Part shown: positions 9,051 to 18,419 of the stretch, piece by piece
How positions within the stretch are numbered: position 1 is the stretch's first letter
Layout: each line of letters opens with the position of its first letter
DNA from: Anaerolineae bacterium
GTDB lineage: Bacteria; Chloroflexota; Anaerolineae; Anaerolineales; UBA4823
Direction: 5' to 3'
Length of the DNA: 64,000 bases
Assembly (NCBI GenBank): GCA_041301185.1
Contig: JBFYSV010000347.1
Span: forward strand, 1,697 to 65,696
The notes under the pieces: model-generated
What the model saw: only the letters and a program-made list of their open reading frames with translations
What the model was told of the DNA's origin: nothing
The model's database searches: none
Program-made: the position numbers and the translations under genes

Positions 9051-10508
9051 ATGTGGACTGAATATATCAACGCTAGCAGTACCTATGAAGTATTACAAAT
9101 CTTGGATGAGCGCCGGGAACGCGCCCGTATTGTAGCTGGTGGGACTGATCTGATCCTGGAGATGGAGCGCGGGGTGCGCAAGGGGATTGACACCCTGGTA
9201 GATGTGACCCGCATCCCTGGTCTGGATCAAATTATTCTGGATGAAGACGAGCATATTCACCTGGGTCCGATGGTGACGCACAATCATTGCGTAGCATCCA
9301 GGCTGGTCGTCGAGCGGGCTTTCCCTCTGGCGCGGGCAGCCTGGGAGGTAGGCGCCCCGCAAATTCGCAACCGGGGTACGGTAGCCGGTAACCTGATTAC
9401 TGCTTCACCCGCTAATGACACGATCACCCCCCTGGTGGCGATGGGTGCCTGGGTGACGTTGGCCTCCCGGGCTGGTAAGCGGAATGTGCCTCTGGACCAG
9501 TTCTATACTGGGGTGCGTGGCACGGTTATGCGTCCAGACGAGATGCTGGTGGATATTGTCTTTCCAGCGATGGCTCAAGACGCCCGCGGCACCTTCATCA
9601 AGCTTGGCTTGCGCCGGGCGCAGGCGATTTCGCTCGTAAATGCGGCGATTGTTCTCTCCATTCAAGATGGGCGAGTGGGCAAGGCTTCTATCACCTTGGG
9701 ATCAGTCGCTCCAACGATTATTCATGCCAGCCAGGCAGAGGATTATCTGGTTGGCAGGACATTGGATGATGCCACGACCCAGACTGCGGCGACGTTGGCG
9801 GAGCAAGTTGCCCGGCCTATCACTGACGTGCGCAGTCCGGCAGACTATCGGAGCGAAATGGTGCGGGTATGTACGCTGCGCGGCTTGCAAAGCATTTGCA
9901 ATGGCGATGAGCGGGGGGATTTTCCAGCTCATCCAGTTTTGCTGAGGGGGCGAGATGCGCGGGAGAAAGCCTTGTCTTTGGATAAGAGCAGCATTCACCA
10001 ACCGGGGACGCCAATTGTCACCCGGATTAATGGCAAAAAGTACTCGTTTTCCAGCGGTCAAGAGAAAACCCTGCTGCGCTTGCTGCGCGAGGAAGCAGGA
10101 CTTACTGGTACAAAAGAGGGATGCGCAGAAGGCGAATGTGGCGCTTGTACCGTCTTTCTGGATGGTGTAGCAGTGATGAGCTGCCTGGTTCCTGCTCCGA
10201 GGGCGCACGGAGCGGAAATTGTCACGGTTGAGGGGCTGGCGCATGAAGGCGTTCTTCACCCTGTGCAGCAAGCCTTTATCGATGAAGGGGCGGTGCAATG
10301 CGGTTACTGCACCCCCGGCTTTTTGATGTCGGCAGCCATGTTGCTGGAGGAGAAGGTCGATCCGAATCTGGAGGAAATTCGCCAGGCTATCACGGGTAAT
10401 TTGTGCCGGTGCACTGGATATTACAGCATCGTATCTGCCATAGAAAAAGCGGCGCTGGAGTTGAGGAAAAGCCAGGCCGGTAGGGAGGTGAGCCATGTCG
10501 AAATATGA
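9051..10508 (+). CDS. Fused FAD-binding (CoxM-like, N-terminal) + [2Fe-2S] (CoxS-like, C-terminal) subunit of a molybdenum hydroxylase
   Basis: aa 1-290 carry the FAD_binding_5/CO_deh_flav_C pattern (IVAGGTDL, RNRGTVAGNL). aa from about 321 carry GCAEGECGACTV, VQCGYCTPG and NLCRCTGY. Confidence 0.9.
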   Translation: MWTEYINASSTYEVLQILDERRERARIVAGGTDLILEMERGVRKGIDTLVDVTRIPGLDQIILDEDEHIHLGPMVTHNHCVASRLVVERAFPLARAAWEVGAPQIRNRGTVAGNLITASPANDTITPLVAMGAWVTLASRAGKRNVPLDQFYTGVRGTVMRPDEMLVDIVFPAMAQDARGTFIKLGLRRAQAISLVNAAIVLSIQDGRVGKASITLGSVAPTIIHASQAEDYLVGRTLDDATTQTAATLAEQVARPITDVRSPADYRSEMVRVCTLRGLQSICNGDERGDFPAHPVLLRGRDAREKALSLDKSSIHQPGTPIVTRINGKKYSFSSGQEKTLLRLLREEAGLTGTKEGCAEGECGACTVFLDGVAVMSCLVPAPRAHGAEIVTVEGLAHEGVLHPVQQAFIDEGAVQCGYCTPGFLMSAAMLLEEKVDPNLEEIRQAITGNLCRCTGYYSIVSAIEKAALELRKSQAGREVSHVEI

Positions 10509-10881
10509 TAAGTTCAATAAAGGAAGCCGAATGCAGGAACGCCCGTGGAAAATCCACCCGATCTGGAGAGGGATCGGCTGCTTGTTGATGATCCTGATCC
10601 CGATTATGGCGTATGCTGGGGCGGTAGTACTTGTGCAGGCTAATCTGGAGCAAGGGTGGCTGCCAATGCCGCGGGAATTGATCCAGACTGTTGCGCTACC
10701 ATTCGTGGGGGAAGTCAAACAATTTTATGCAGTGGTCATTATGACGGCATTGTTAATGATCATCGGGTTTGGTGTGGTAACAATTCTCTACTCGCTGATC
10801 TACAGCGCAGTCGGACCGCCACGCCTGGGACCGCTGGACGCGCCTCCCGTACGGCGTTCGCCATCAAAGAAAAAATATTAA
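10495..10881 (+). CDS. Small two-TM membrane protein, unknown function, translationally coupled to the FAD/FeS subunit
   Basis: A strong GGGAGGTGA sits 4 nt upstream of the ATG. The gene overlaps the upstream stop by 14 nt. It has two hydrophobic helices (GIGCLLMILIPIMAYAGAVVLV, FYAVVIMTALLMIIGFGVVTILYSLIY) and a basic tail. Confidence 0.55.
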   Translation: MSKYDKFNKGSRMQERPWKIHPIWRGIGCLLMILIPIMAYAGAVVLVQANLEQGWLPMPRELIQTVALPFVGEVKQFYAVVIMTALLMIIGFGVVTILYSLIYSAVGPPRLGPLDAPPVRRSPSKKKY

Positions 10882-10891
10882 TACCAATGGC

Positions 10892-12337
10892 TTATAACCA
10901 GCGCAGCCCTTTGGGATAGTAGTTTTTGATGGTCTCCGCGCTGCGCTTGCCCCATCCCAGTGGGAAATCCTCCACGCATACCAGTATCCAGCCGTCCATC
11001 CCACCGGCATTAATAGGCTCTCCTCGCAGGTACTGAACTGCTGCACTCAGATTGATTGAGATTGATTGCTTAACCATTCGCCGATCTAATCCAAGAGCCA
11101 TCGCGTGGGAAGGCTCGAAGCGCAGGGTGCCCTTTCCGTAGCTCTGCTTGTAAGTGCCTAACCACCAACCGGGGTGGATTACCTGCAACCCTGTCAGATC
11201 GGGGGAGTCGGAGATGGATTGGTAAAGATAAGTGCCCTGGACACCCAGGAGATCAAACCTCACATCTGGTTGTAAGCTGGCTTTACAAAAATTCCGGAAG
11301 ACTGCCAGGTGTTCCGGCGCGATTCTGGTTTCTCTTCGTGCGGGCGGTCTCTTCAACGGGTGATTGCCGTTCCGCTGAAGGCGGGCGATGAAATGACCGT
11401 CCCCGTTTAGCAGGTGAGGCCATAATCGGATCGTCTTATCCATTTGGGAGGCAATCTCCGGAGGTACCCGACCTGCCCAATCGGGTTTGCCAGGCCTGGC
11501 TCCAGGTATAGGCGGGCAATTCACCAGCGTGAAATCCGGATGGCGTTCGAGAAAACCGGCAATCACAGCTTCGTTCTCCTGGGGAGAAAAGGTGCAGGTG
11601 GAATAGACCAGAGTCCCCCCAGGGCGCAATAGAATGACTGCCTGTTCGAGTAGTCCGGATTGGCGTTCAGCGCACCGTTCGACGTGTTCAATAGACCAAT
11701 CCTGGCGGGCGGATGCGCTTTTGCGGAACATGCCTTCGCCGGAGCAAGGGGCATCCAGCAGCACCCGATCGAAGTATAGGTGAAAACTATCTGCCAGGCG
11801 GGCAGGGCTCTCATTAAGAATGATCGTATTGTGTGCCCCCCACCTCTCCAGGTTTTCTGCCAGATCCCAGACCCGGCGCGGGTGGATTTCATTAGCAACA
11901 ACCAGCCCGGTATTATCCAGCCGGGAGACGATCTGAGTCGTCTTGCCGCCGGGTGCTGCTGCCAGGTCGAGCACACGCTCGCCGGGCTGGGGATCGAGGA
12001 TTTCCACCGGAGCCATAGCGGTCGGTTCCTGGAGATAATGTAAACCAGCAGCATGGTAGGGGTGTTTGCCGGGTGTTCTCTCGCTACCGATATCTGCTTC
12101 TTGTTCCAATGAGTAACCTTCTGGGCACCATGGAACCGGTACAAGTTTTGGCGGAAAGCGTATCTGGAATTCCGCTGGGGGGATTTTGAGAGGATTGATG
12201 CGCAATCCGCTGACATAGGGCTTGGACAGGCTCTGGTGAAAAGATAGGTATTCCTCACCAAGCAGTTCCCGCATTTTTGTCAAAAAGGTCCTTGGGACGG
12301 GAATACTTTCATTAACCGGAGGCTGGTTACCTTTCAT
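10892..12337 (-). CDS. NOL1/NOP2/Sun-family rRNA cytosine-C5 methyltransferase (RsmF/RsmB-like)
   Basis: SAM motif LDLAAAPGGKTTQI, catalytic DAPCSGEGMFRK and LVYSTCTFSPQENE, plus a C-terminal PUA-like extension. Confidence 0.85.
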   Translation of the reverse strand: MKGNQPPVNESIPVPRTFLTKMRELLGEEYLSFHQSLSKPYVSGLRINPLKIPPAEFQIRFPPKLVPVPWCPEGYSLEQEADIGSERTPGKHPYHAAGLHYLQEPTAMAPVEILDPQPGERVLDLAAAPGGKTTQIVSRLDNTGLVVANEIHPRRVWDLAENLERWGAHNTIILNESPARLADSFHLYFDRVLLDAPCSGEGMFRKSASARQDWSIEHVERCAERQSGLLEQAVILLRPGGTLVYSTCTFSPQENEAVIAGFLERHPDFTLVNCPPIPGARPGKPDWAGRVPPEIASQMDKTIRLWPHLLNGDGHFIARLQRNGNHPLKRPPARRETRIAPEHLAVFRNFCKASLQPDVRFDLLGVQGTYLYQSISDSPDLTGLQVIHPGWWLGTYKQSYGKGTLRFEPSHAMALGLDRRMVKQSISINLSAAVQYLRGEPINAGGMDGWILVCVEDFPLGWGKRSAETIKNYYPKGLRWL

Positions 12338-12382
12338 AGCCGTATGTTCTCACCTTAAATAGTTTTAGGAGCGGAACTTAAT

Positions 12383-12462
12383 GTGCCTGGCACTTCAGGT
12401 TGAAAACGACTCGCTTCCGATACAATTTGCGTCTGTTCTTCCCGCCATAAAGTGCCAGGCAC
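12383..12462. repeat. Pair of palindromic 11-mers GTGCCWGGCAC, 69 bp apart, together forming a 13-bp long-range inverted repeat
   Basis: GTGCCTGGCACTT at 12383 and AAGTGCCAGGCAC ending at 12462. A third partial copy, GTGCCAGGAT, sits at 12510. The pair lies between the aminotransferase stop and the rsmF-like start. Confidence 0.6.
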
Positions 12463-12540
12463 CTGGTTTGAAGTATTTTGCACCAGATACCATAAAGATA
12501 AACGCCGGCGTGCCAGGATTCCTTGACGCCCCAGCGCTTA

Positions 12541-13893
12541 TTATTTGATAGCCTGGTCGCTGATCTCCAGGGCTTTATCCAGCAAGGCAAAACCCTCTTC
12601 GAGCTGTTCCTGGTTAATGATTAAGGGAGGGATTACCAATAATGTATGCCAGTGACTGTAGAGATATAAGCCATGATCGAGCAGGTATTTGCGAATAGCC
12701 ACCATCTCTGGGCTGGCGCCATCATAGGGTGCCAGGGGTTCTTTCGTCTGGCGATTGCGCACCAGTTCGATTACGCCAAAGAGACCGATCGAGCGCACTT
12801 CCCCGACCGAAGGATGCTGCTCACCCAGGTCAGTCAGCAGGCGATGCAGCACAGGACCCATCTCGGCAGTATGTTCCACAATCCGGTCTTCTTGCATCAC
12901 CTGGATATTGGCAATGGCTGCTGCCAGTGAAATGGGGTGGGCGTTATAGGTAAGCCCGCTCTGATAGACCCGATCATTAAAGAAATCTGCAATTTGGGGG
13001 CGCATAGCCACTGCACCCAGTGGGGCATAGCCGGATGTCAATCCCTTAGCCATGGTCATCAGATCAGGGATGATATCCCAGTGTTCCACTGCGAACCAAC
13101 GCCCGGTTCGTCCGAATCCCGACATGACCTCATCTGCGATCAACAATATTCCATAGCGGTCACACAGCTGGCGCACGCCCATTAGATAGCCTTCAGGCGG
13201 GATGATGATCCCGTTCGTCCCGGTTACAGTTTCCAGCAAGATAGCCGCGATGGTTTGAGGTCCTTCATAGGTGATGATCTCCTCCAGATGGTTTAAATAA
13301 TCAAGGGTAAAATCTGTTGGGGAAATGTCTGAGTTGGTGCGGTGGAAGGTGGAGCGGTAACGGTAGGGATCAAGGAAATGGACCACACCGGGCATCAGGT
13401 TCGGCTCCCAGATCAGGCGGCGTGGGTCGCCTGTGGCTGCCATCGCCCCGGCGCTGGCTCCGTGGTACGAACGGTAGCGGGCGAGGATTTTATGTTTTCC
13501 GGTATAAGCCCGGGCAATCTTGATTGCGTTCTCGTTTGCGTCAGCCCCACCCAGGGTAAATAGAAACCGATCCAGGTCGCCCGGGGTGATTTGAGAGAGC
13601 AGTTGTCCAAGAATCGCCCGCGGCTTGGTCGCCATTGGCGGACCGGCAAAGGGTAACTGGCGGGCTTGCTCGATAATTGCGTCAATGACTCGCTGGTCTC
13701 CATGACCGATATTCACGCACATGACCATCGAGTTGAAATCCAGGTAGCGCTTATCGTTCACATCCCAGAAATAGACTCCCAGGGCGCGTTTAACCGGGAT
13801 AGGAGAAACCTTCGATTGGGCAGACCAGGTCCAGAAACTATGGCGCATGGAGAGCGGCAGGATGTCGGAATCGGGCAGGTCGATCATAATCAC
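12541..13893 (-). CDS. Class III (omega) pyridoxal-phosphate aminotransferase
   Basis: 450 aa. SYHGAS, LIADEVMSGFGRTG and the PLP-lysine context TMAKGLTSGYAPLG. Confidence 0.9.
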   Translation of the reverse strand: MIMIDLPDSDILPLSMRHSFWTWSAQSKVSPIPVKRALGVYFWDVNDKRYLDFNSMVMCVNIGHGDQRVIDAIIEQARQLPFAGPPMATKPRAILGQLLSQITPGDLDRFLFTLGGADANENAIKIARAYTGKHKILARYRSYHGASAGAMAATGDPRRLIWEPNLMPGVVHFLDPYRYRSTFHRTNSDISPTDFTLDYLNHLEEIITYEGPQTIAAILLETVTGTNGIIIPPEGYLMGVRQLCDRYGILLIADEVMSGFGRTGRWFAVEHWDIIPDLMTMAKGLTSGYAPLGAVAMRPQIADFFNDRVYQSGLTYNAHPISLAAAIANIQVMQEDRIVEHTAEMGPVLHRLLTDLGEQHPSVGEVRSIGLFGVIELVRNRQTKEPLAPYDGASPEMVAIRKYLLDHGLYLYSHWHTLLVIPPLIINQEQLEEGFALLDKALEISDQAIK

Positions 13894-13959
13894 CTCAAAG
13901 ATGGATACGATGGATGCAATAGAATCGTATTATAAATCACAAAGCCAAATGAGATTTTC

Positions 13960-13988
13960 TTGACATTCCAGGGTATCTTTGTTAAAGT
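13960..13988 (+). promoter_or_regulatory. Candidate promoter with a long leader upstream of the 4-TM protein gene
   Basis: TTGACA (13960-13965), a 17-nt spacer, then TAAAGT (13983-13988). Confidence 0.4.
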
Positions 13989-14199
13989 AGTCTGGTTCAC
14001 CATTTGGGATGATTCGGAAAAATGCATGTCTGAAATTATGCTGGTGTAGGTTGAAATTGGATTCAACCTGATCTATCTGGTTGGGTATGGGGTCTGGTTG
14101 CTGTCATGATCTACAGACGGGAACTGGTAGCCCCGCAAGACCAGAAAGCAGCAGGTTGGTGATCTAGGACTTCAAAAAGACACAGTGGAGGTTAAGAAA

Positions 14200-14649
14200 A
14201 TGTACCCGGTTGTTTTAGCCATACATAATATCGTGAGGTGGGTGGTATTAATCCTGGGGATAATCGTCGTTGTGCGCGGCCTGCTCGGCTGGTTCGGCAA
14301 GCGCGAGTGGAGCACCCTGGACCGGAAGCTGGGGGTGTACTTCACATCAGCAATCGACGTCCAGCTCCTGGTTGGGCTTCTACTCTATTTCTTCCTGAGC
14401 GATAAAACTAAGGCTGTCTTCCAGGATTTTGGGGCAGTGATGAGCAATGATGGGCTGCGCTTCTTTGCGATCGAACATGCAGTGATCATGCTGCTGGCGG
14501 TGGTGTTTGCCCACCTGGGCGGGGTGTATTCGAAACGGGCCAGTGCTTCGAAAGACAAGTTCCGCATGGCTGCAATCTGGTATGGATTGGCTCTGATCGC
14601 CGTATTGCTCGGAATGCCATGGATGAATCCACTTCTTCCGGGATTGTAG
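14200..14649 (+). CDS. Four-TM membrane protein, unknown function
   Basis: GTGGAGG precedes ATG 14200; the ORF track starts at GTG 14185. It has four hydrophobic segments. A perfect terminator follows. Confidence 0.6.
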   Translation: MYPVVLAIHNIVRWVVLILGIIVVVRGLLGWFGKREWSTLDRKLGVYFTSAIDVQLLVGLLLYFFLSDKTKAVFQDFGAVMSNDGLRFFAIEHAVIMLLAVVFAHLGGVYSKRASASKDKFRMAAIWYGLALIAVLLGMPWMNPLLPGL

Positions 14650-14661
14650 TGAGAAAATAAT

Positions 14662-14695
14662 AAAAGTGTTCTGCACGATCGTGCAGAACACTTTT
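14662..14695. terminator. Bidirectional intrinsic terminator between convergent genes
   Basis: Perfect palindrome AAAAGTGTTCTGCAC-GATC-GTGCAGAACACTTTT. Confidence 0.8.
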
Positions 14696-14716
14696 CGTCT
14701 CCTGGCAGCAGAATAT

Positions 14717-15298
14717 CTAGCCTTGCCAGCCGCGTCCCGCCCATAGCGGGCGACCGTACTGATCGCGGACCTGGAATGAGGTACCCTGGGTCAGGTTTTC
14801 GATCGCTCCAACTTCGAAGCGTTCAGCATCTTCGTAAAATCCGGTTAGCCGTACCTGATCACCGGCTTGCAGAGTATAGCCGTTTTCCAGGGCGAATGAC
14901 CAGGAACGACCGGTGATTTCGACCGTATTTCCGTCCTGGAGTAGGATGACCGCCAGGGTGGAGTCTACGCTATTCACTGAGCCTTCTATCACCACCCATT
15001 CATCAACCTGTGCTTGCGGGCTGGGATTGTTGGGCTGGGCTTCCCTGACTGCTCCGCGTTCGCCATAACCATATTGGGAGGTCCCGCCGCTTTGTCTGCC
15101 CCGAAACCCCTCCCCATTTTGAGCGGGAGACTCGCCCGGCTCGATCTCAAGAGCATGGCGTTCAACCGGTAATTCGGCTGATATAGATCTGGGTTCATTC
15201 CCGCCTTCTTTGGCTAAAGTGCGGTTCACCGCGCCAAGGATTAACATGGCTGCGAAACCAACCAGTAAGCTAATTCCAACGATTTTCTTCAACATCAT
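14717..15298 (-). CDS. Membrane-anchored/secreted protein with a Gly/Arg-rich linker and a C-terminal beta-rich domain, unknown function
   Basis: N-terminal signal/anchor MMLKKIVGISLLVGFAAMLILGA, a low-complexity region, then DEWVVIEGSVNSVDS...ITGRSWSF...VRLTGFYED...GRPLWAGRG. It lies downstream of the DUF4405 gene on the same strand. Confidence 0.6.
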   Translation of the reverse strand: MMLKKIVGISLLVGFAAMLILGAVNRTLAKEGGNEPRSISAELPVERHALEIEPGESPAQNGEGFRGRQSGGTSQYGYGERGAVREAQPNNPSPQAQVDEWVVIEGSVNSVDSTLAVILLQDGNTVEITGRSWSFALENGYTLQAGDQVRLTGFYEDAERFEVGAIENLTQGTSFQVRDQYGRPLWAGRGWQG

Positions 15299-15337
15299 AA
15301 ACCTTCCTTTTGTTTATCGTATGATCTATTATTTGAG

Positions 15338-15991
15338 TCAAGCAGACGGCGCTGAGGGAGTATCAACCGCGACCTGCCTGGGGGAACGATGAAAGATCCA
15401 GAAAACACCCCGGGTAACCTTGACGACCCAATTCCAATGGATCACAAAGTGGATGACAGCAGCCAGGATCAGCACTACTCCGCCCCAGGTGTGCAGGATA
15501 TCCCAGGTCTGCCGGCTAAACAGGAACACCGGATCGACGACGCTCCGACTGCCGGGCACAAACAAGAAGTAGATCCCGCTCAGAGCAGTAACCAGGAAAC
15601 TAAATCCAATGGTGATATTAATTCCCAGGTTGAAGCGGCCTCGCGGGTTGAGTGTTTTGCTGCGGGTGAAGATTTCCTTGAGCATACGGCGGGTCATGTT
15701 CACCACCCAATGCCAGTGAAGGCTGAGATGGATGACAACAACCATGATCATCGCCACACCGCTCCAGGTGTGCAGATCATCCCAGGTGTGGCGGGTGAAC
15801 AAGATGACAAGATCGTAGGCTGGATTACGCCCGCCCTGGTAACCGCCGATAGGAAAGTACAAGAAATAAATCCCGGAAAGCATGGCAATTATCGCGCTGA
15901 TAAAGAGAGTTGCATCAAGCAACCAGTTATTCCGGGTGGGTTTGGATACGCTTTTCATTGTAGACATAGCCGTTCTCCTATTTTGGATCAC
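15338..15991 (-). CDS. DUF4405-like membrane protein (two internal repeats with conserved His, cytochrome-b-like)
   Basis: Two repeats, HTWDDLHTWSGVAMIMVVVIHLSLHWHWVV and QTWDILHTWGGVVLILAAVIHFVIHWNWVV, in four TM helices. The opposite-strand ORF is low-complexity. Confidence 0.7.
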   Translation of the reverse strand: MIQNRRTAMSTMKSVSKPTRNNWLLDATLFISAIIAMLSGIYFLYFPIGGYQGGRNPAYDLVILFTRHTWDDLHTWSGVAMIMVVVIHLSLHWHWVVNMTRRMLKEIFTRSKTLNPRGRFNLGINITIGFSFLVTALSGIYFLFVPGSRSVVDPVFLFSRQTWDILHTWGGVVLILAAVIHFVIHWNWVVKVTRGVFWIFHRSPRQVAVDTPSAPSA

Positions 15992-16193
15992 TGGGTGGAG
16001 TGAAAATTATCCGGTGATCGAATTGTTTCTGGTTCAATATTAAGCAAATCTTGTGAAGAAGATGTGAAGGCGGTAAGGATATTTTGTGAAATTAGTAGCG
16101 AGGGGACGGCCTTAATTGGGAGAGTGAAAGGAGAGGGTATAATCAAGAGGAAAAATTCATTCATACTATCCAAAACCCCATGGAGAGACAAAT

Positions 16194-18419
16194 ATGAAAA
16201 ATGTCGGATCATCTGCAACACGGATTGATGCGTTGGGGAAAGTAACTGGGGAGACTTTATATCCCGGTGATATCAATCTGCCAAACCAGGCAAGCATGAA
16301 GGTCCTGTTCGCCCATCGTCCGCACGCGATCATCCGCTCGATCAATACGACAAAAGCAGAAGCGATGGATGGTGTGATTGCTGTTTTCACTGCCATAGAT
16401 GTGCCGGTCAATGAGTATGGCTTGATCATGCCCGACCAACCCGTGCTTTGCGGGCCAGGAGGCGACAAGCCCTTTACCGACCGGGTGCGCTTTATCGGGG
16501 ATCAGGTTGCCCTGGTGGTTGCCGAGACTGAGGCGATAGCCAGCCGAGCGAGAGATTTGATCGAGGTAGTTTATGAAGATTTACCTGTTGTGACCGATGT
16601 AGAAGCAGCCATGCAGGCCGGCGCAACCTTGCTTCACCCCGAGAGAGAGTCGAATGTGTTTTGTCATTATCGTATCCTCAGAGGCGATATTGACGCAGCA
16701 TTTGCTCAAGCAGATGTAATTATCGATGGTGAGTACTGCACACCGGCTCAAGAACATGCTTACCTGCAACCGGAGGCGGGGATTGCCTTTATCGATGAAC
16801 AGGGCAGGGTTACGGTACAGGTAGCCGGTCAATGGACTCACGAAGATCAGGAGCAGATCGCCCATTCGCTGGGGTTGCCTTTAGATCAGGTCCGGGTGAT
16901 TTATCCTGCAATCGGTGGCGCGTTTGGTGGTCGAGAAGATATGTCGGTGCAGATTGTCCTGGCTCTGGCAGCCTGGCGGTTGCACCAAAGAGGGATACAT
17001 CGTCCGATTAAGATTGTTTGGAGCCGCGAAGAGTCGATCATTGGTCATCATAAACGGCACCCGTATATCATCCGCACCCGCTGGGGAGCCACCCGCCAGG
17101 GCAAGGTGATCGCAGCCGAAGTCGACCTAATTGCAGACGGTGGTGCTTATGCTTATACATCCACGAAAGTGATGGGGAATGCCACACTAATGTGCACCGG
17201 TCCCTACGAGATTCCCAATGTCAAGGTAGATTCTTACGCGGTCTATACCAATAACCTTCCCAATGGCGCCTTCAGGGGGTTTGGAGGCCCGCAGGGGGCG
17301 TTTGCCGCAGAAACCCAGATGAACCGCCTGGCAGAAACGCTCGGCATGGATCCGGTCGAGCTTCGCCTGAAGAATGTGCTGCGTGAAGGATCCCTGCTCT
17401 CCGTCAGGACACCCCTTCCAGCAGGGGTAAGCATGCCGCAGGTGGTTGAGGAGTGCGCTCGCACAGCTGGTTGGCAGGAAACGCCTGCGGGCTGGAAACG
17501 CCCTACCCAGGCAAGCAGGAATGCAGAGAAACCTACGCTTGTGCGGGGGACAGGCTTTGCCTGCGCTTACAAGAATGTGGGATTTTCCTTTGGCGCTCCT
17601 GAACATGCCTGGGCAACCGTCGAATTGCATGGTGGAGTACAGATCGAGCGGGCGGTAGTGTATCACGCCGGAGCAGATGTTGGTCAGGGGGCACACACGG
17701 TTTTCAAGCAGATTGCCGCTGAAGCTTTGGGCGTGGCTTTTGAGAAAGTCGAGATGGTGGTATCAGATACTGCCAGGACAGATAACTCTGGGAGCGCTTC
17801 TGCGTCCAGGTTAACCTTTATGGCAGGCAACTCTATCTTGGGAGCCTGCGAGCGTGCGCTTGAGAAATGGCACAATGAGGAGCGTCCGGCAGTTGCCCGA
17901 TACCAGTACCGCCCGCCAAAGACAACCCCTTACGACCCTGAGACAGGTGAATCGATGCCCAACTTTGCTTACGGGTATGTTGCCCAGGCAGCGACGGTCG
18001 AGGTGGACACTGAAACCGGTCATGTGCGGTTGATCGATATTGTCTCTGCAGATGATGTGGGCAAAGCCTTGAATCCGCAACAGGTGCGTGGTCAGATCGA
18101 GGGCGCGGTTGTCCAGGCAGCAGGTTATACCATTATGGAGAACTTTATCCAGAAGGATGGCTATGTCCAGACGCAACATCTGTCTACCTACCTGATTCCG
18201 ACCATCCTGGATGTACCGGACCGCGTTCAGTCCTTAATCCTGGAGTACCCCGATCCGATTGGACCACTAGGAGCGCGGGGTATGGCGGAGATGCCGTTTC
18301 TGCCAGTCGCCCCGGCGGTTATTGCCGCGGTGCAGGATGCAACCGGGGTTTGGATAAATGAGTTTCCCCTGACACCGGAACGCGTATTGCGCAGGTTAGG
18401 AAAAATAGGTCAGCCATGA
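16194..18419 (+). CDS. Molybdopterin-binding large subunit of a xanthine-dehydrogenase-family hydroxylase
   Basis: 741 aa. [29 protein letters not shown] and the C-terminal GARGMAEMP pattern. Confidence 0.9.
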   Translation: MKNVGSSATRIDALGKVTGETLYPGDINLPNQASMKVLFAHRPHAIIRSINTTKAEAMDGVIAVFTAIDVPVNEYGLIMPDQPVLCGPGGDKPFTDRVRFIGDQVALVVAETEAIASRARDLIEVVYEDLPVVTDVEAAMQAGATLLHPERESNVFCHYRILRGDIDAAFAQADVIIDGEYCTPAQEHAYLQPEAGIAFIDEQGRVTVQVAGQWTHEDQEQIAHSLGLPLDQVRVIYPAIGGAFGGREDMSVQIVLALAAWRLHQRGIHRPIKIVWSREESIIGHHKRHPYIIRTRWGATRQGKVIAAEVDLIADGGAYAYTSTKVMGNATLMCTGPYEIPNVKVDSYAVYTNNLPNGAFRGFGGPQGAFAAETQMNRLAETLGMDPVELRLKNVLREGSLLSVRTPLPAGVSMPQVVEECARTAGWQETPAGWKRPTQASRNAEKPTLVRGTGFACAYKNVGFSFGAPEHAWATVELHGGVQIERAVVYHAGADVGQGAHTVFKQIAAEALGVAFEKVEMVVSDTARTDNSGSASASRLTFMAGNSILGACERALEKWHNEERPAVARYQYRPPKTTPYDPETGESMPNFAYGYVAQAATVEVDTETGHVRLIDIVSADDVGKALNPQQVRGQIEGAVVQAAGYTIMENFIQKDGYVQTQHLSTYLIPTILDVPDRVQSLILEYPDPIGPLGARGMAEMPFLPVAPAVIAAVQDATGVWINEFPLTPERVLRRLGKIGQP

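Noticed and set aside
9702-10718. A 338-aa minus-strand ORF across the FAD/FeS subunit gene and the small membrane protein gene.
   Set aside because: The sense strand carries unmistakable FAD and 2Fe-2S motifs. The antisense translation has no recognisable features.
13990-14180. Possible SRP (4.5S) RNA, because of GACCAGAAAGCAGCAGG, which resembles the GGAAGCAGC of SRP domain IV.
   Set aside because: The 5' partner strand (CCAGGUCAGGU-like), the GNRA tetraloop context and a closing helix are all missing. The similarity is limited to a few nucleotides.
15389-16003. A 204-aa + strand ORF opposite the DUF4405 gene.
   Set aside because: The product is hydrophilic low complexity (Asp/Gln/Pro/His-rich), as expected for the mirror of a TM protein. 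The minus frame gives four clean TM helices with a repeated His motif and a plausible operon partner.
16004-16193. I looked for a Moco riboswitch upstream of the 741-aa Mo subunit gene and upstream of the other Mo genes.
   Set aside because: The region is AT-rich, has no extended GC helices and has none of the conserved Moco-motif segments I remember. The other Mo genes have gaps too short to hold one.
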